Positions 1 to 11,395 of a DNA stretch of 64,000 bases are shown here, piece by piece; within the stretch, counting starts at the first letter, position 1, and each line of letters begins with the position of its first letter. Source of the stretch: Macrostomum hystrix (Eukaryota > Animalia > Platyhelminthes). Under the pieces are notes generated by a model, which saw nothing but the letters and a program-made list of their open reading frames with translations, did not search any database and was not told where the DNA came from. Location of the stretch: the NCBI GenBank assembly GCA_950097015.1, contig CATNEN010000025.1, forward strand, positions 1,116,001 to 1,180,000. Direction: 5' to 3'. Position numbers and translations under genes: made by a program.

Positions 1-875
1 CGTGCTATAGTTTATCCACTTTACGCACTCGAACTCATTTCGTCTCCTGCTTTTAGTTTTATTACTTCTAGTTCCCAAAAATATACTTCTTAAAAATTAG
101 GTTTATCCACAAGGCATAAGCCTTGAAAAAATCTAAGCTATTGTCATTTTATTCCATTCTGCTAGAAAAATACGAATATGGAAATGTGAAGTTATAAAAA
201 ATCGTTGCGTCTTTAAAATACCCAAAAAATTGGGTATCGTTCTTTCAAAATATCTGCTTTCCAGAAATGACCGGTTTCGGATCGATATTAAAATAAACCT
301 AATATTTTAACGAGGCCTGAAATAACAAGTGCAATTATTAACATTTTAACGGAGTTTTTATAGCACGTAACTACATATACTCATACTACATTGAAGTTTG
401 AACTTACATTTATTAATTAGTTTTAGTTATTGTTTAATCCGGAAGAAAATAAGTACACGAACGCAAAACTAGAAATATCAAGTTCTAAAGGTCTGCAATA
501 GCAAAAGTGGTATGAGTGTTGGCACTGATTACAATGCGTTAATATATAAAGGCCTATACGTTTATTGATTTCCTGTAGCCTATACTAAAATATTTTTACT
601 ATAAATTTGTGCAATCACATTGTAATCTAACATTCTAACATTATAAGAACTAGGGCAAAACCCTAGCCTAGGTCCTCGTTTCTCGGGTTAAATTATTTGT
701 GGGTTTGTAAAACCATGCTGAAAGTTAAGAGGCAAGTTAGCCTGGATGATTTAAAGCTAAGCAGAGTAGTGGTTAATGGCTAACCGAGTAGGCGAAGTTG
801 CTGAAATACTTCTCATGTATAGGATAGGTTGTATGTTGCTATGTCATCAAGGTCATTTGGTCAGCAAAGTGTAGG

Positions 876-1219
876 GGTCCCAGGTCATTTCGGTGACAAG
901 ACATTTCGGTGACAGTCATTTCGGTGACAACTCAAGTCGTTTCGGTGACAGAATTGGTCAGTTTAATGACAACTATTCTTGCACCTGAATATGCTTAGAA
1001 AACAGCCTTCCATGTGAACTAATCATTATTATTCATCATTATTTAATAATACTTAATAGGTGTGCGTAGTTCACATGGAAGGCTGTTTTCTACGCACATG
1101 GAACTGGAAGGCTGTTTCCTAAGCATATTCAGGTGCAAGAATAGTTGTCACCGAACTGACCCATTTTGTCACCGAAACGATGTCACCGAAATGTCTTGTC
1201 ACCGAAATGACCTGGGACC
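876..1219. mobile_element. Fold-back MITE (non-autonomous DNA transposon) with ~145-bp TIRs
   Basis: Starts GGTCCCAGGTCATTTCGGTGACAAGACATTTCGG and ends with its reverse complement; arms match over ~145 bp, with subterminal CATTTCGGTGAC repeats; perfect 8-bp TSD AGTGTAGG at 868-875 and 1220-1227. Confidence 0.92.
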
Positions 1220-1634
1220 AGTGTAGGCTATGGATTTATATGTCCATGTCCTATAGGCCCTAGTTGAAATGTGTCCTATGTTGGCCTCCCAGCCAGGCAA
1301 CCATCAGTGAGAAGTTTTATACTAGGTAGGACATACCTTAGCTAGGCCTACCTGCTGAATACTAGGCTTTAGCCTAGTGTATTAGCAATTTGGTTGAAAC
1401 CATTGACTAGGCCTATTGTGTAGTTAGCTTAGCTAGGTAAATTTTATAGTAGGGCCTAGCTAGGCCTACCATATGTAGGCAGTGCTATATACTAGGCTAA
1501 AAGTATTAATCTAGATCAAATCACAGTGATTTACATCTGATTATTGTCATAGTTTGGCAGTTAGGCCTAGTTGTGCAACTTGAACATAAGATTATTGGAA
1601 TTAAGCAGCAAGAACAATAGACATTGTAATCTGG

Positions 1635-2635
1635 TAACCGGTTGTTTTGGCCATAGGCATTTCGGCCAAAAGCCGTTTTGGCCTCAAACTGTTTCGGCCT
1701 CAAACCAGTTCGGCCCCAAACTCACAACATAATTTTTTAAAGCAGTATTCTTACGGCTAATTTCTAATTTATTTAAGAGTTGTTTATTTTATTTGATAGT
1801 GACAATGGAAAGCACGAATTTGACTTTTAGTTTTACAATGGCAAATAATTTTATTTTAGTATTTGCGCAGTATAAAAGTAATAAAAGAAGAGGACTTGGT
1901 ATTTTGTGTATAAATGTAAAAACGCAATGGCCCAGACAGTGACCTATCGAATTTAGTAAATGGATATTCTAATTGGGGATATGTTTATCCCCCATAATAT
2001 ATGACCCCCCAGTCCCCCCTAGGTAAGCCACTGGCCCCAGACAACAAAAAATGTTAAAAACGTGAATATTCTGCACCGAATATCTGACAGCTACACATTT
2101 GCGTACATGCATATATGTCATGCCACCTCTCAGCCCCATAGAAAAATATTTTGCTGTATATCTAATTGTAAAATTAAGCAGTTATTTTATGCGCAACAGA
2201 TAGCTAAATGCACAGGCATTGAATTGTTGATTCTCATCAAATGACAAAAGATAACTTACAGATGTACAGCCCTTTAGGCTTCAACTCATTTTAAGGACTG
2301 CTTAAATGTACTGAAAATTACGGATAGAACTCTTTATGTTCCATTTTCTACTATTAGTAGTCCATGTAGCATTATTATGCTCATCTGTGTTGTAAATATT
2401 GTATTAAGTTGAATTCGTGCCATAGCATCGTTGTTTAGAAAGTTAACAAAACTGAAAAAGTTGTGCCAAAAGAAGTTCCTTGACAAACAAACAATACAAT
2501 AAAGCCGCTTAATAAGTATGTGAGCCGAAATGGTTTGAGGCCAAAACGGTTTTTGGCCGAAATGGCAATGGCCGAAACGGCTACGGCTGAAATGGCTTTC
2601 GGTCGAAATGGCTATGGCCAAAACGACCAGAATTC
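1635..2635. mobile_element. MULE/Mutator-like non-autonomous element (~1 kb)
   Basis: Inverted terminal blocks GGT(T/C)GTTTTGGCCATAG(G/C)CATTTCG with repeated TTTCGGCC motifs (1640-1720 vs 2520-2628); flanked by TSD TGTAATCTG(G) of 9-10 bp at 1625-1634 and 2636-2645. Superfamily inferred from TSD length and long degenerate TIRs. Confidence 0.8.
1937..2033. mobile_element. Tiny hAT-like MITE nested in the 1635-2635 element
   Basis: CAGTGACCTATC ... GGTAAGCCACTG imperfect 12-bp TIRs; 8-bp TSD GGCCCAGA / GCCCCAGA (1 mismatch) at 1929-1936 and 2034-2041. Confidence 0.7.
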
Positions 2636-2825
2636 TGTAATCTGGATTAAAGCTCTTGGTTGGCCATTTATGCTTTTTATGCTAGGCCCTAGTATAGCTA
2701 GTTGTCATGACTTTGTGGAAATAGAACTATTTTAGCAGTAAATTTAAGTGAATGTAAAGAACTGGGATTATGCCAGCTAGTTAAAAATATCAGACTAATA
2801 AGTAAAGCCATTTTTGGAATTGGGT

Positions 2826-3083
2826 ATTGTGGTTAGTGGCAGAGCAGTCTTATGCATTTGCCTCATATACCAAAGTACCTTAAATTCCTTAAAATTCCCC
2901 AGTGAGGCCACATTCATTTTTTTGGGGCAGAGCCACAAAGAAAAGGCTTGGTTATGCAATTTGAGAGCCAACCTCCAATAGTACAGAGTATACATTGAAA
3001 TTCCTACTGACAATGGGAAAATCTGGGCAGATGTACACACCTGCCTGAGTGTATGCCTATGTATAGTATCTGTGTGTGTGTGC
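2826..3083 (+). mobile_element. tRNA-derived SINE, old CpG-depleted copy
   Basis: Aligns by eye (roughly 70-75% identity over ~250 bp) with the reverse complement of 10783-11030; degenerate A box AGTGGCAGAGCAG, core CCAACCTCCAAT and GGGCAGATGTACACACCTG, (GT)n tail at 3070-3083. Confidence 0.75.
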
Positions 3084-3718
3084 CTTGGTATTTGCAAAAT
3101 GAGCAGAATTGCCTCTTTGCTAGCTGTGGGTCTAATGTCACCATAATAACAAAAACAATAATAATATAAAGTCTATATTATCAATTGGTGATTCTTATTT
3201 TTCCCCCATTAATTTCCATTATCAAAAGCAAAAGTACCAGTTGGCATGCTATTGCCAACTGCACTACTGTACTGCAATTAATATTATTTTAAAATGAAAT
3301 TATGTTTAAAAACATGTCTATTTAGCAAGGTTTTATTAGCCCTGTTCCCTAACCTAACCTAATGTACCAGTCCCAACCTAACCTACCTAGCATATATACT
3401 GATCAGTTGAAAATTTAAAATTATATAGATGATTTCAATTTCAACACTATTATTGCATTAGAAATCCACAGTAAATTCTGAATAGGTGGTAGTCTGTTTT
3501 TTATATTGACATGTCCTAAATATTTCTTATTACAACTAACATTTTTGTATTTAATTTTCTAAGATAAATATTTTATTTGCCGAACAAAGTTTACAAAGTA
3601 AACAATTGTAATTTTCTTAGAAGTTTTGCACAATTTTGTTTAAAAATCTGCTTATCTTTTTTCTTAGTTTAGGTTTTAGCTATGGTGTAGCAAAGTATTT
3701 AAGTTTTAGCAATAGGTA

Positions 3719-4441
3719 CCCTAATGGAGCAAATTTAAAAAAGCTGTGGACACTCCTGCTAGGCGCGCAGGTGCGCAGTTGGTTTCAAGAAAAATCTCTG
3801 TAGTGTATTTCTAAAAATAGAACAGCTACATGGTGATTTCGCAAAATACAGACGCATATACCAAATGACCTTTTTGATCTCCATAGTGTATTTCTATAAT
3901 TACAAAAGCTAAGCTTATGTCTTTTCGCACTTGGGCACTGCAGAGCATGTAGTTGTGTTTGCGAATAAATGTGCGCCCCTCCATCAAAAAATTTCTGTAA
4001 CTGTGCCTGGCTAGAATCGCACCTACATGTACATGTAAGTTTATTTTAATATGTAAATGTATACCTAAGTGAACAATAGTGTGGATGTACAGCACGGGTG
4101 CACACTGCTATACCATGTGCACCTACATGTACATTTAAATGTATTTTATAATGTGTTGTAATGTACATATAACATATATTTAAACGCACCAGGTGCGAGT
4201 ACAGAGGCACTGGCATTCACTACTAGCATCGCATCTACATGTATAAATTTATAAAGAACACAAGACGTTAGTGTAGGGGCACAAGGGCGCACTGTTTGTT
4301 ATACATCTACATACTTCAACAACTTTACGCACACAAGGCGCGGCCGCGCGGACAGAAAATTCTTTCTGCGCAGCTGCACAGGCAATTTTTCACAAGTGCG
4401 CCGGACGCTGTCCGCGAAAACCCCTATTGGCTCCAATAGGG
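3719..4441. mobile_element. Non-autonomous DNA transposon with CCCTA(A/T)TGGAGC TIRs
   Basis: Left end CCCTAATGGAGC (3719-3730), right end GCTCCAATAGGG (4430-4441); perfect 8-bp TSD AATAGGTA at 3711-3718 and 4442-4449; no coding capacity seen. Confidence 0.8.
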
Positions 4442-4827
4442 AATAGGTAGATAAGAATTAGGTCATTAAATTGAATCATTATAATTATTTTGGAAGGAAA
4501 AATACAGAATATTTTTTTTGTGTCTTGTGAGCTAGTGTATGGTTGAGGAAACCTTATATATATATATACCCGGTAGGTATGTGCCTTACTTAGACACTCA
4601 ATCTATTCACTACCTCAGGAAATGAATTTTGAAAAAATTACAGTGCTATATAGCATGTAGATTTACTACATTCTCTTTTAACATCTTATCACTTCTAAAT
4701 TAAGGATTTCACGTAACTTTTTTACTATGAAAATTAAATGTCACATGAATTTTGAAGTTCAAAGGGAAAGTGAAAACAATTGCTTCAAATTTCTGTCAAT
4801 TTACAGACCAGAGCAAGACACTGAGCA

Positions 4828-6382
4828 ATGTTCGCTGTACTGGCCTGCGGTCGCTTGGTTCAGACCGATTTTCAACAAGTTGACGCCAGCAAATTCACTT
4901 TGACCATACCTGCCGCAGATAAAATTAATCATCTGGTGTTCTTCCTCACTGGTCAGTGTCCGCTTCCTCCCGGTGCTGCCGCAGCGATCTACCTCGGCTG
5001 GCCCCAGCCACCGCCGAGTCCGCCAGATCCTGTCTGGAGTTACATCGGTCATCTGACCAATGAGAAGCCTAGCGCCATATTTAAAATTGCGCGCACACGG
5101 CCACAGGATCACGATCCCAATCATCCGTTTGTCGCAAACCATTTTGCTACTGGCACTTGGACTGATCTTACTTGCTTACAGGTGAGTCTTAATTAATAAC
5201 CAGGTGGGGAACCCCATGTCCATATCTAGATGACCAGGAGAGGAGTCCCTGGTTGGCCAGGGGGGGAAATCCCTGGATTCCAACGTTATGACCAGCTAGA
5301 GAATCCCTGGATTCCAACGGGATGATCAGCTGGGGAATCCCTGGATTCCAACGGGATGATCAGCGAGGGAATCCCTGGATTCTAACGGGATGACCAGCTG
5401 GGGAATCCCTGGATTCCAACGTTATGACCAGCTGGAGAATCCCTGGATTCCAACGGGATGATCAGCTGGGGAATCCCTGGATTCCAACGTTATGACCAGC
5501 TGGGGAATCCCTGGATTCCAACGGGATGATCAGCTGGGGAATCCCTGGATTCTAACGGGATGACCAGCTGGGGAATCCCTGGATTCCAACGTTATGACCA
5601 GCTGGGGAATCCCTGGATTCCAACGTTATGACCAGCTGGGGAATCCCTGGATTCCAACGGGATGATCAGCTGGGGAATCCCTGGATTCTAACGGGATGAT
5701 CAGCGAGGGAATCCCTGGATTCTAACGGGATGACCAGCTGGGGAATCCCTGGATTCCAACGTTATGACCAGCTGGGGAATCCCTGGATTCCAACGGGATG
5801 ATCAGCTGGGGAATCCCTGGATTCCAACGGGATGATCAGCGAGGTAATCCCTGGATTCTAACGGGATGACCAGCTGGGGAATCCCTGGATTCCAACGTTA
5901 TGATCAGCTGGGGAATCCCTGGATTCCAACGTTATGATCAGCTGGAGAATCCCTAGATTCCAACGGGATGATCAGCTGGAGAATCCCTGTATTCCATTGG
6001 GATTTTCAGCTAGAGAATCCCTGGATTCCATTGGGATGTATTGTTGGGGAATCCCTGTGCCCTTATCACAAAAAGTATATTGAGAACACGCTCTCAGAGA
6101 GATATTATTCCTATCTTGCTCACTACGCAGGTTGGCATCTCAATCGAGCCTGCAGCGAATGTGATGGACATGACGCCGCCCTCTGGCACCCAGGCTGACA
6201 CAGCGCCAACTATGCTGGCCTTCTCACAGCGCATGCTAGAGAGCCTAGTTAACTATCTGAGCAGCTTTTTAATCACGCCGCCTGGCGCCTCAGAGTCCTA
6301 TGTGCCAATGTCCGCCGTGACTCGCTGGTACGAAACTTTCGAGCGGCGCCTTCAGCAGTTTCCAGACTTTTGGAAGTCTTGA
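4828..6382 (+). CDS. HIKESHI: Hikeshi (C11orf73/OPI10 family) HSP70 nuclear import carrier, ~201 aa
   Basis: Exons 4828-5181 and 6131-6382; intron GTGAGT...ACGCAG, phase 0. Family motifs GRLVQTDFQQV, NHLVFFLTG, GHLTNEKPSAIFKI, Q|VGISIE, WYETFERRL..FPDFWKS. Confidence 0.95.
5265..6055. repeat. 34-bp minisatellite in Hikeshi intron
   Basis: Unit GAATCCCTGGATTCCAACGGGATGATCAGCTGGG (starts at 5301 and 5335), ~23 copies. Confidence 0.95.
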
Positions 6383-6444
6383 ATATGATTCTGGATGGCT
6401 AGAATTGTAAAAGGTAGAGAAGGGTGTTAGTACTACCTTTTTGG

Positions 6445-6898
6445 GATGAAAGCGGAGGTGTTAGTATTACCTTTATGGGATGGAAGCGGAGGTGTTAGTA
6501 TTACCTTTATGGGATGGAAGCGGAGGTGTTAGTATTACCTATATGTGGTAGGGGCGGAGGTGTTAAGATTACTTTTATGGGGTAAGAGCGGACGTGTTCA
6601 GATTACCTTTATGGGGTAGGAGCGGAGTTGTTCAGATTACCTTTATGGGGTAGGAGCGGAGTTGTTCAGATTACCATTATGGGGTTGGGGCGGAGGTGTT
6701 CAGATTACCTTTATGGGGTAGGAGCGGAGGTGTTTAGATTACCTTTATGGGGTAGGAGCGGAGGTGTTCAGATTACCTTTATGGGGTAGGAGCGGAGGTG
6801 TTTAGATTACCTTTATAGGGTAGGAGCGGAGGTGTTCAGATTACCTTTATGGGGTAGGAGCGGAGTTGTTCAGATTACCTTTATGGGGTAGGAGAGTA
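6445..6898. repeat. 34-bp minisatellite just 3' of the Hikeshi stop
   Basis: Unit GGAGCGGAGGTGTTCAGATTACCTTTATGGGGTA (starts at 6721 and 6755), ~13 copies. Confidence 0.93.
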
Positions 6899-7544
6899 GG
6901 TGTAAAGTTCAGGTGTAAACACTGAAATCAAAGGTTTAAATCATTTCTGATGCGCAGTCAACCAAGTTGCTTTTCTAAATTTCTTTAAAATGCATGTTTT
7001 TCTCGTTTTTTTGCTAACTGCTTGTTTTTTCATAGCTTTTCTTAGCTTAATATTTCCGAATTTGAATTCGCGCCTCACGTATGGTGCCTTATGGCCACCT
7101 ATTATAAGGTCGTAATAATTCGATCTCTGTTGGTGAAATATGCAATCTTTTTCCAACTGTTTCAGTCGAGTCATTTTCGAATACGTTGGCGCAGTTTTGT
7201 GCCATGGCAACTATTACTATTCTGATTGTTATCAAATTGTCATTGTCTGCAATGTCTATCAGCTTTAAAGTGCCGTGTATTTCCGCGTAATAAAACTGTT
7301 TTAGTTCCGATGCACTCAGTTTGTTCTGACAGTGTTATGGTACTTTATGGTGCCGAAATATATTGGCTGTTTGCCTTTTTGAACTTTTTAAATCGGCTTT
7401 AGCTGTTCATAATACTGGATATATGTATCACTTTCCTTGACCTCAAATTCATCTTCCTCGAAACTTTCTTCTGCACTTCTCTTCCCAATCCGTATTCCCA
7501 TTCCGTATTTCCTTCGCCTTGTAAATACCAATCTCCCCTTTCCC

Positions 7545-9170
7545 CTAATAATCCTCAACTCCCTTACCTAGATAATCCTCAACTCCCTTCCCTAGATAAT
7601 CCTCAACTCCCTTACCTAGATAATCCTCAACTCCCTTCCCTAGATAATCCTCAACTCCCTTCCCTAGATAATCCTCAACTCCCTTACCTAGATAATCATC
7701 AACTCCCTTTCCTAGATAATCCTCAACTCCCTTCCCTAGATAATCCTCAACTCCCTTTCCTAGATAATCCTCAACTCCCTTCCCTAGATAATCCTCAACT
7801 CCCTTCCCTAGATAATCCTCAACTCCCTTACCTAGATAATCATCAACTCCCTTTCCTAGATAATCCTCAACTCCCTTCCCTAGATAATCCTCAACTCCCT
7901 TTCCAAGATAATCCTCAACTCCCTTACCTAGATAATCCTCAACTCCCTTCCCTAGATAATCCTCAACTCCCTTACCTAGATAATCCTCAACTCCCTTCCC
8001 TAGATAATCCTCAACTCCCTTACCTAGATAATCCTCAACTCCCTTCCCTAGATAATCCTCAACTCCCTTACCTAGATAATCCTCAACTCCCTTCCCTAGA
8101 TAATCCTCAACTCCCTTACCTAGATAATCCTCAACTCCCTTCCCTAGATAATCCTCAACTCCCTTTCCAAGATAATCCTCAACTCCCTTCCCTAGATAAT
8201 CCTCAACTCCCTTACCTAGATAATCCTCAACTCCCTTCCCTAGATAATCCTCAACTCCCTTACCTAGATAATCCTCAACTCCCTTCCCTAGATAATCCTC
8301 AACTCCCTTTCCAAGATAATCCTCAACTCCCTTACCTAGATAATCCTCAACTCCCTTTCCAAGATAATCCTCAACTCCCTTACCTAGATAATCCTCAACT
8401 CCCTTACCTAGATAATCCTCAACTCCCTTCCCTAGATAATCCTTAACTCCCTTACCTAGATAATCCTCAACTCCCTTACCTAGATAATCCTCAACTCCCT
8501 TCCCTAGATAATCCTCAACTCCCTTACCTAGATAATCCTCAACTCCCTTACCTAGATAATCCTCAACTCCCTTCCCTAGATAATCCTTAACTCCCTTACC
8601 TAGATAATCCTCAACTCCCTTACCTAGATAATCCTCAACTCCCTTACCTAGATAATCCTCAACTCCCTTCCCTAGATAATCCTTAACTCCCTTCTCTTGA
8701 TAATCATCAACTCCCTTACCTAGATAATCCTCAACTCCCTTCCCTAGATAATCCTTAACTCCCTTACCTAGATAATCATCAACTCCCTTCCCTAGATAAT
8801 CCTTAACTCCCTTCCCTAGATAATCATCAACTCCCTTTTCTTGATAATCATCAACTCCCTTTCCAAGATAATCCTCAACTCCCTTCCCTAGATAATCGTC
8901 AACTCCCTTCCCTAGATAATCGTCAACTCCCTTCCCTAGATAATCCTTAACTCCCTTCCCTAGATAATCATCAACTCCCTTTTCTTGATAATCATCAACT
9001 CCCTTTCCAAGATAATCCTCAACTCCCTTCCCTAGATAATCATCAACTCCCTTCCCTAGATAATCGTCAACTCCCTTACCTAGATAATCGTCAACTCCCT
9101 TACCTAGATAATCCTCAACTCCCTTCCCTAAAACTCCTTTTCCGCTAATGATCCTTAACTCCCCTTCCAA
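7545..9170. repeat. 24-bp minisatellite; open on - strand as (LGKGVEDY)n
   Basis: Unit CCTAGATAATCCTCAACTCCCTT(A/C/T), ~66 copies; see findings for coding potential. Confidence 0.95.
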
Positions 9171-9400
9171 TAATAATCCCTACTCACGTTTTCGTAACAA
9201 TGCCCCACTTCCATTCCCCTTTCAACTCCCCTTCCCTTAATATCCCTTAACTTCAACTATCCTTAAAATCCCCCAACTTTCCCTCCCCTAATCTTATCAA
9301 AATCCTAATTATCCCAAGCTACCAATGCCTCGTGAAATACATCTAGACCTCAATATAATTTTTCAGTTCGGGTAGCGCTGCCACAGTACAAAGCACCAAG

Positions 9401-11395
9401 ATGCCGCTCAGCTCCGGTCCCATTCGCGCCAGTGGCCTTCTGTTGCTTCTCGGCAGCAGGAGCCTCAGCCGCGGTCTAGCCTCGGCCGCTGTGCTACCAA
9501 CCAGGCCCTACAAACTGCACAAGCTGGAGTCCGGCCCGCCAGCTGAAGCTGAAGTTACCAGCGAGCAAGCCAAAAATTACTACCGCGAGATGGCCACGGT
9601 GAGGCGCATGGAGACTGCGGCTGGCAACCTGTACAAGGAGAAGGCTATTCGCGGCTTCTGTCATCTGTACAGCGGTCAGGAGGCCTGCTGCGTTGGTATG
9701 GAGGCTGCGCTAGACCGCAACGATCCTGTCATCACCGCCTACCGGGCCCACGGCTGGACCTATACCAGGGGCGTGCCCGTTAAGGCCGTCTTGGCGGAAC
9801 TGACCGGTAGGTCGACCGGCTGCGCTAAAGGCAAAGGCGGCTCTATGCACATGTACAATCACAACTTCTATGGCGGCAACGGCATTGTTGGCGCTCAGGT
9901 TAGCCAGAAAATTAACTATTCCACGCCCCTTCTGATGCTCTTCTTCGCCTCCCTCCTGATCCTTCTCCGCTCCCTCCTGGTCCTTCTCCGCCCCCTCCTG
10001 ATCCTTCTCCGCCCCCTCCTGATCCTTCTCCGCTCCTCCTGATCCTTCTCCGCCCCCTCCTGATCCTTCTCCGCTCCCTCCTGGTCCTTCTCCGCCCCCT
10101 CCTGATCCTTCTCCGCCCCTCCTAATCTCCTAATATTTTTCCGCCCCCTCCTAATCCTTATCCGCCCCCTCCTAATCCTTCTCCGCCCCTCCTGTTTCGT
10201 CTTCGCCCCTCATGATTATTCTCCGCCACCTCCTGACCCTTCATCGCCCCTCCTGATCATGATCCGCCCCATCATGATTTTTCTCCGCCTGCACCTGAAT
10301 TTGTTTTCTACATTTTTCTACCAAATTTTCTTCTTTTAAAGAAAATTACCCGCTAGCTATTACTTACATTCTTCCCATTTCTATCTGCGTCCCACCTGGC
10401 TAGGTGCCCCTTGGAGCGGGCATCGCATTTGCCCAAAAGTACAAAGGCAACAAAAACGTCTGCGTCTCTTTGTACGGCGATGGTGCGGCGAATCAAGGCC
10501 AGGTATTCGAAGCCTTCAACATGGCAAAACTATGGGACCTGCCCTGCATCTTTGTCTGCGAGAACAACAAATACGGCATGGGCACCGCAGTGGAGCGGGC
10601 CGCCGCTTCCACCGCCTATTACACTCGCGGCGACTACATTCCCGGCCTGTGGGTTGACGCCATGGATGTCATCACTGTGCGAGAGGCGACCAAATTTGCC
10701 AGGGACTGGTGCCTCTCCGGCAAGGGACCCATCCTGCTGGAGATGGAGACCTACAGGTCGGTTTCTTAGAATTTACTCCTGAGCACACACGCACACAGAT
10801 ACTGTACGCAGGCACACGCTCACACAGGTGTGTACATCTGCCCTGACTTTCTCATCGTCTGGCAGTGTACACTCTCACTGCGCATTGGAGGTTGGCCCTC
10901 AAGGGCGTAAATTGTAAGACAAGCCCCCAAGCCTTCTCTCCGCGGCTGCGCCCCAAAAAACGTGGCCTCGCCGCGGAATCGAGCTTTAGGACCTTGGCGC
11001 GAGAGGCAAACCGCTCAGCCACACATCTCCCTTACTACTACAAAAACAACTACTGCTACTATTTACCCGCCTCTTACGCCAGGTACCACGGGCACAGCAT
11101 GAGCGATCCGGGCACCAGCTATCGCACCCGCGAGGAGGTCCAATCGATGCGCCAGATGCGCGATCCCATTGCCAGCTTCAGGCAAACTCTGCTTAACGCC
11201 AATCTGATTACCGAGGACGAGCTGAAAGAGATCGACCAGTCCATTCGCAAGGAGGTCGACGAGGCTGTCCAGGCGGCCAAGACCGACCCGGTGCCGGAGC
11301 CGAAGGAATTGTACACCAATGTGTACAGCCAGGCGCCCACTGGTCAGCCCAGCTATCGGATCAGGGGCGTCGACAAGTTCACCTGGAGCGAATGA
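9401..11395 (+). CDS. PDHA1: Pyruvate dehydrogenase E1 component alpha subunit, mitochondrial, ~387 aa
   Basis: Exons 9401-9898, 10404-10756, 11083-11395 (phases 0 and 2). Motifs [29 protein letters not shown]|[11 protein letters not shown]-binding [10 protein letters not shown]...ENN, TYR|[14 protein letters not shown]; Arg/Ser/Leu-rich N-terminal targeting-like peptide. Confidence 0.97.
9925..10290. repeat. 21-bp pyrimidine-rich minisatellite in PDHA intron 1
   Basis: Unit CTGATCCTTCTCCGCCCCCTC (starts at 9961 and 9982); begins ~25 bp after the donor. Confidence 0.93.
10783..11030 (-). mobile_element. tRNA-derived SINE, CpG-rich copy, in PDHA intron 2
   Basis: Minus strand begins GGAGATGTGTGGCTGAGCGGTT (Pol III A box TGGCNNAGYGG), then GCTCGATTCC (B-box-like), a body shared with 2826-3083, and a (GT)n-like tail. 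Confidence 0.8.

Noticed and set aside
10795-10925. snoRNA/scaRNA guide in PDHA intron 2 (GGTGTGTACA complementary to 18S; ACAGATACT complementary to U2)
   Set aside because: The segment is the antisense strand of a SINE with Pol III A/B boxes; no convincing C/D or H/ACA architecture, and the short matches lie in GT/AC-rich sequence.
10985-11030. Functional tRNA gene
   Set aside because: Only A/B-box-like head sequence; no complete cloverleaf or anticodon arm, and it runs into a SINE body.
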